From assembly GCF_018977255.1 (NCBI RefSeq), contig NW_024704742.1, positions 55,306,001 to 55,370,000 of the forward strand: 64,000 bases of DNA, read 5' to 3'. Shown here in pieces: positions 62,941-64,000 of this stretch. The translations under genes and the position numbers were made by a program. The notes beneath the pieces were generated by a model. That model was not told the origin of the DNA and did no database searches. It was given only the letters and a program-made list of their open reading frames with translations. This DNA is from Callorhinchus milii (Eukaryota). How positions within the stretch are numbered: the stretch's first letter is position 1; the number at the start of each line of letters is the position of its first letter.

Positions 62941-63559
62941 ACAAGGGAAGAAATCCTTTTCAACGTATCCAGAGAATTGTTGACCAGGTCACTTGGAGAA
63001 CCTCTGTTCTTTTTCCAAATAGTGTCATAGGATTTTTAATATTCACCCGAGGACAGGCAGAAAGAATGAGGATCTTTTGATAGCCTAGAATTCCTCATTA
63101 TATAACTTTCAGATCTAAAAGATAAACATGTTCTTTGTTACCGTACTTTTGATTGTGCATCCCTCCCCAGCTTCCCCATCCCTAGCTCCGTCTAGGACTT
63201 TGTGATGTGCTCCCAATGTGTGTATGAATGTAAAATTGTTGTAACATTTTGTTTCAGTCCAACACTATATATGGGATAATATTTGTAGTATTCCTTAAGG
63301 AATGTGTTAAGGAACATTACAAATTTTACCCCAATATTCCTTATAATCCTTCTCTCGGGGTACTGACTTTTTAGTTTTGTCCTAATTGCAGTTGGCAATG
63401 GTTCAAATATAATTGTAGACAACAGACATCATTGCCTTTTCTCTCTTCCCAATCTAACAATGCTATTTCAATGTGACTGATGTTAATAGAATTGTGAACA
63501 ATAGTCTTTCTTAAAAATAATGTTTGAACTAAGATTACATTTCTCCAAGCTTGCTGAGT

Positions 63560-63812
63560 AGTTCAGCCACTCTGCCCCCAACCTCTGGAAATCCATCCCC
63601 CAATCACTCCACCTCACCCCCTCTTTAGCCTCCTTCAAGTCCCGCCTCAAGACCCTCCTCTTCGACCATGCCATTGGCCACCCCCCTTCCCCTCCCCTCC
63701 CTTCACCCCCCCCAACCCCAGCTTGGGTCTGAAATGCTGTACTCTGTCCAGCGCCTTGGGATGTCCTCCCGACATGAAAGGGGCTATACAAATGTAATCT
63801 TGTTGTTGTTGT
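63560..63812 (+). mobile_element. L2 3' end
   Basis: Near-identical to 33160-33402. Confidence 0.88.
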
Positions 63813-64000
63813 AGTTACCCCCACTCACTGAAGACCTTTTCTAAACTTTATGGAATCACGAGTGTCGGGTGACAAATGTGTAACGCATTCAAAACATTTA
63901 CAGAGTGTGAAGAGGACATCATGCCTTTCACAAATCCCAGCTATCTCTCATTAATAATATTTGAGAAAACCTTCTGGCCATAATCCTGTAGTCCTCATTC

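Noticed and set aside
42500..64000. Short non-TE ORFs (e.g. 44536, 51227, 55354, 63192) as exons of another gene
   Set aside because: No recognisable homology or consistent splice and phase chain, though small exons could have been missed.

Overview
Vertebrate genomic DNA, most likely a cartilaginous fish (inferred from the L2/CR1/Deu-SINE repertoire and the protein sequences). Three spliced genes lie in tandem on the minus strand, and I traced their exons by eye using GT-AG boundaries and frame continuity. FRG1 has 9 coding exons (41134-28843, 254 aa). ASAH1, acid ceramidase, has 14 coding exons (27173-10256, 390 aa). A divergent, intron-containing GTF2E1 (TFIIE-alpha)-like gene starts at 2114 and runs off the left edge. 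The stretch 42-64 kb looks intergenic and is filled with L2 LINE fragments and SINEs. Five minisatellite arrays are present, three of them next to first exons. Best leads: (1) about 35 tandem units directly upstream of the lysosomal gene ASAH1, most carrying a GGTCACATG MiT-TFE/USF-type E-box; (2) FRG1 exon 1 sandwiched between a 3.3 kb G-skewed array and an array of CTCF-like motifs; (3) a SINE copy in the ASAH1 CpG island rewritten almost only by AT-to-GC changes; (4) the second TFIIE-alpha gene; (5) a TTAA-flanked palindromic MITE and locally templated insertions that give an order of events. No prokaryotic system or CRISPR array is present. Exon coordinates are hand-counted, repeat boundaries are approximate, and all functional claims are inference.
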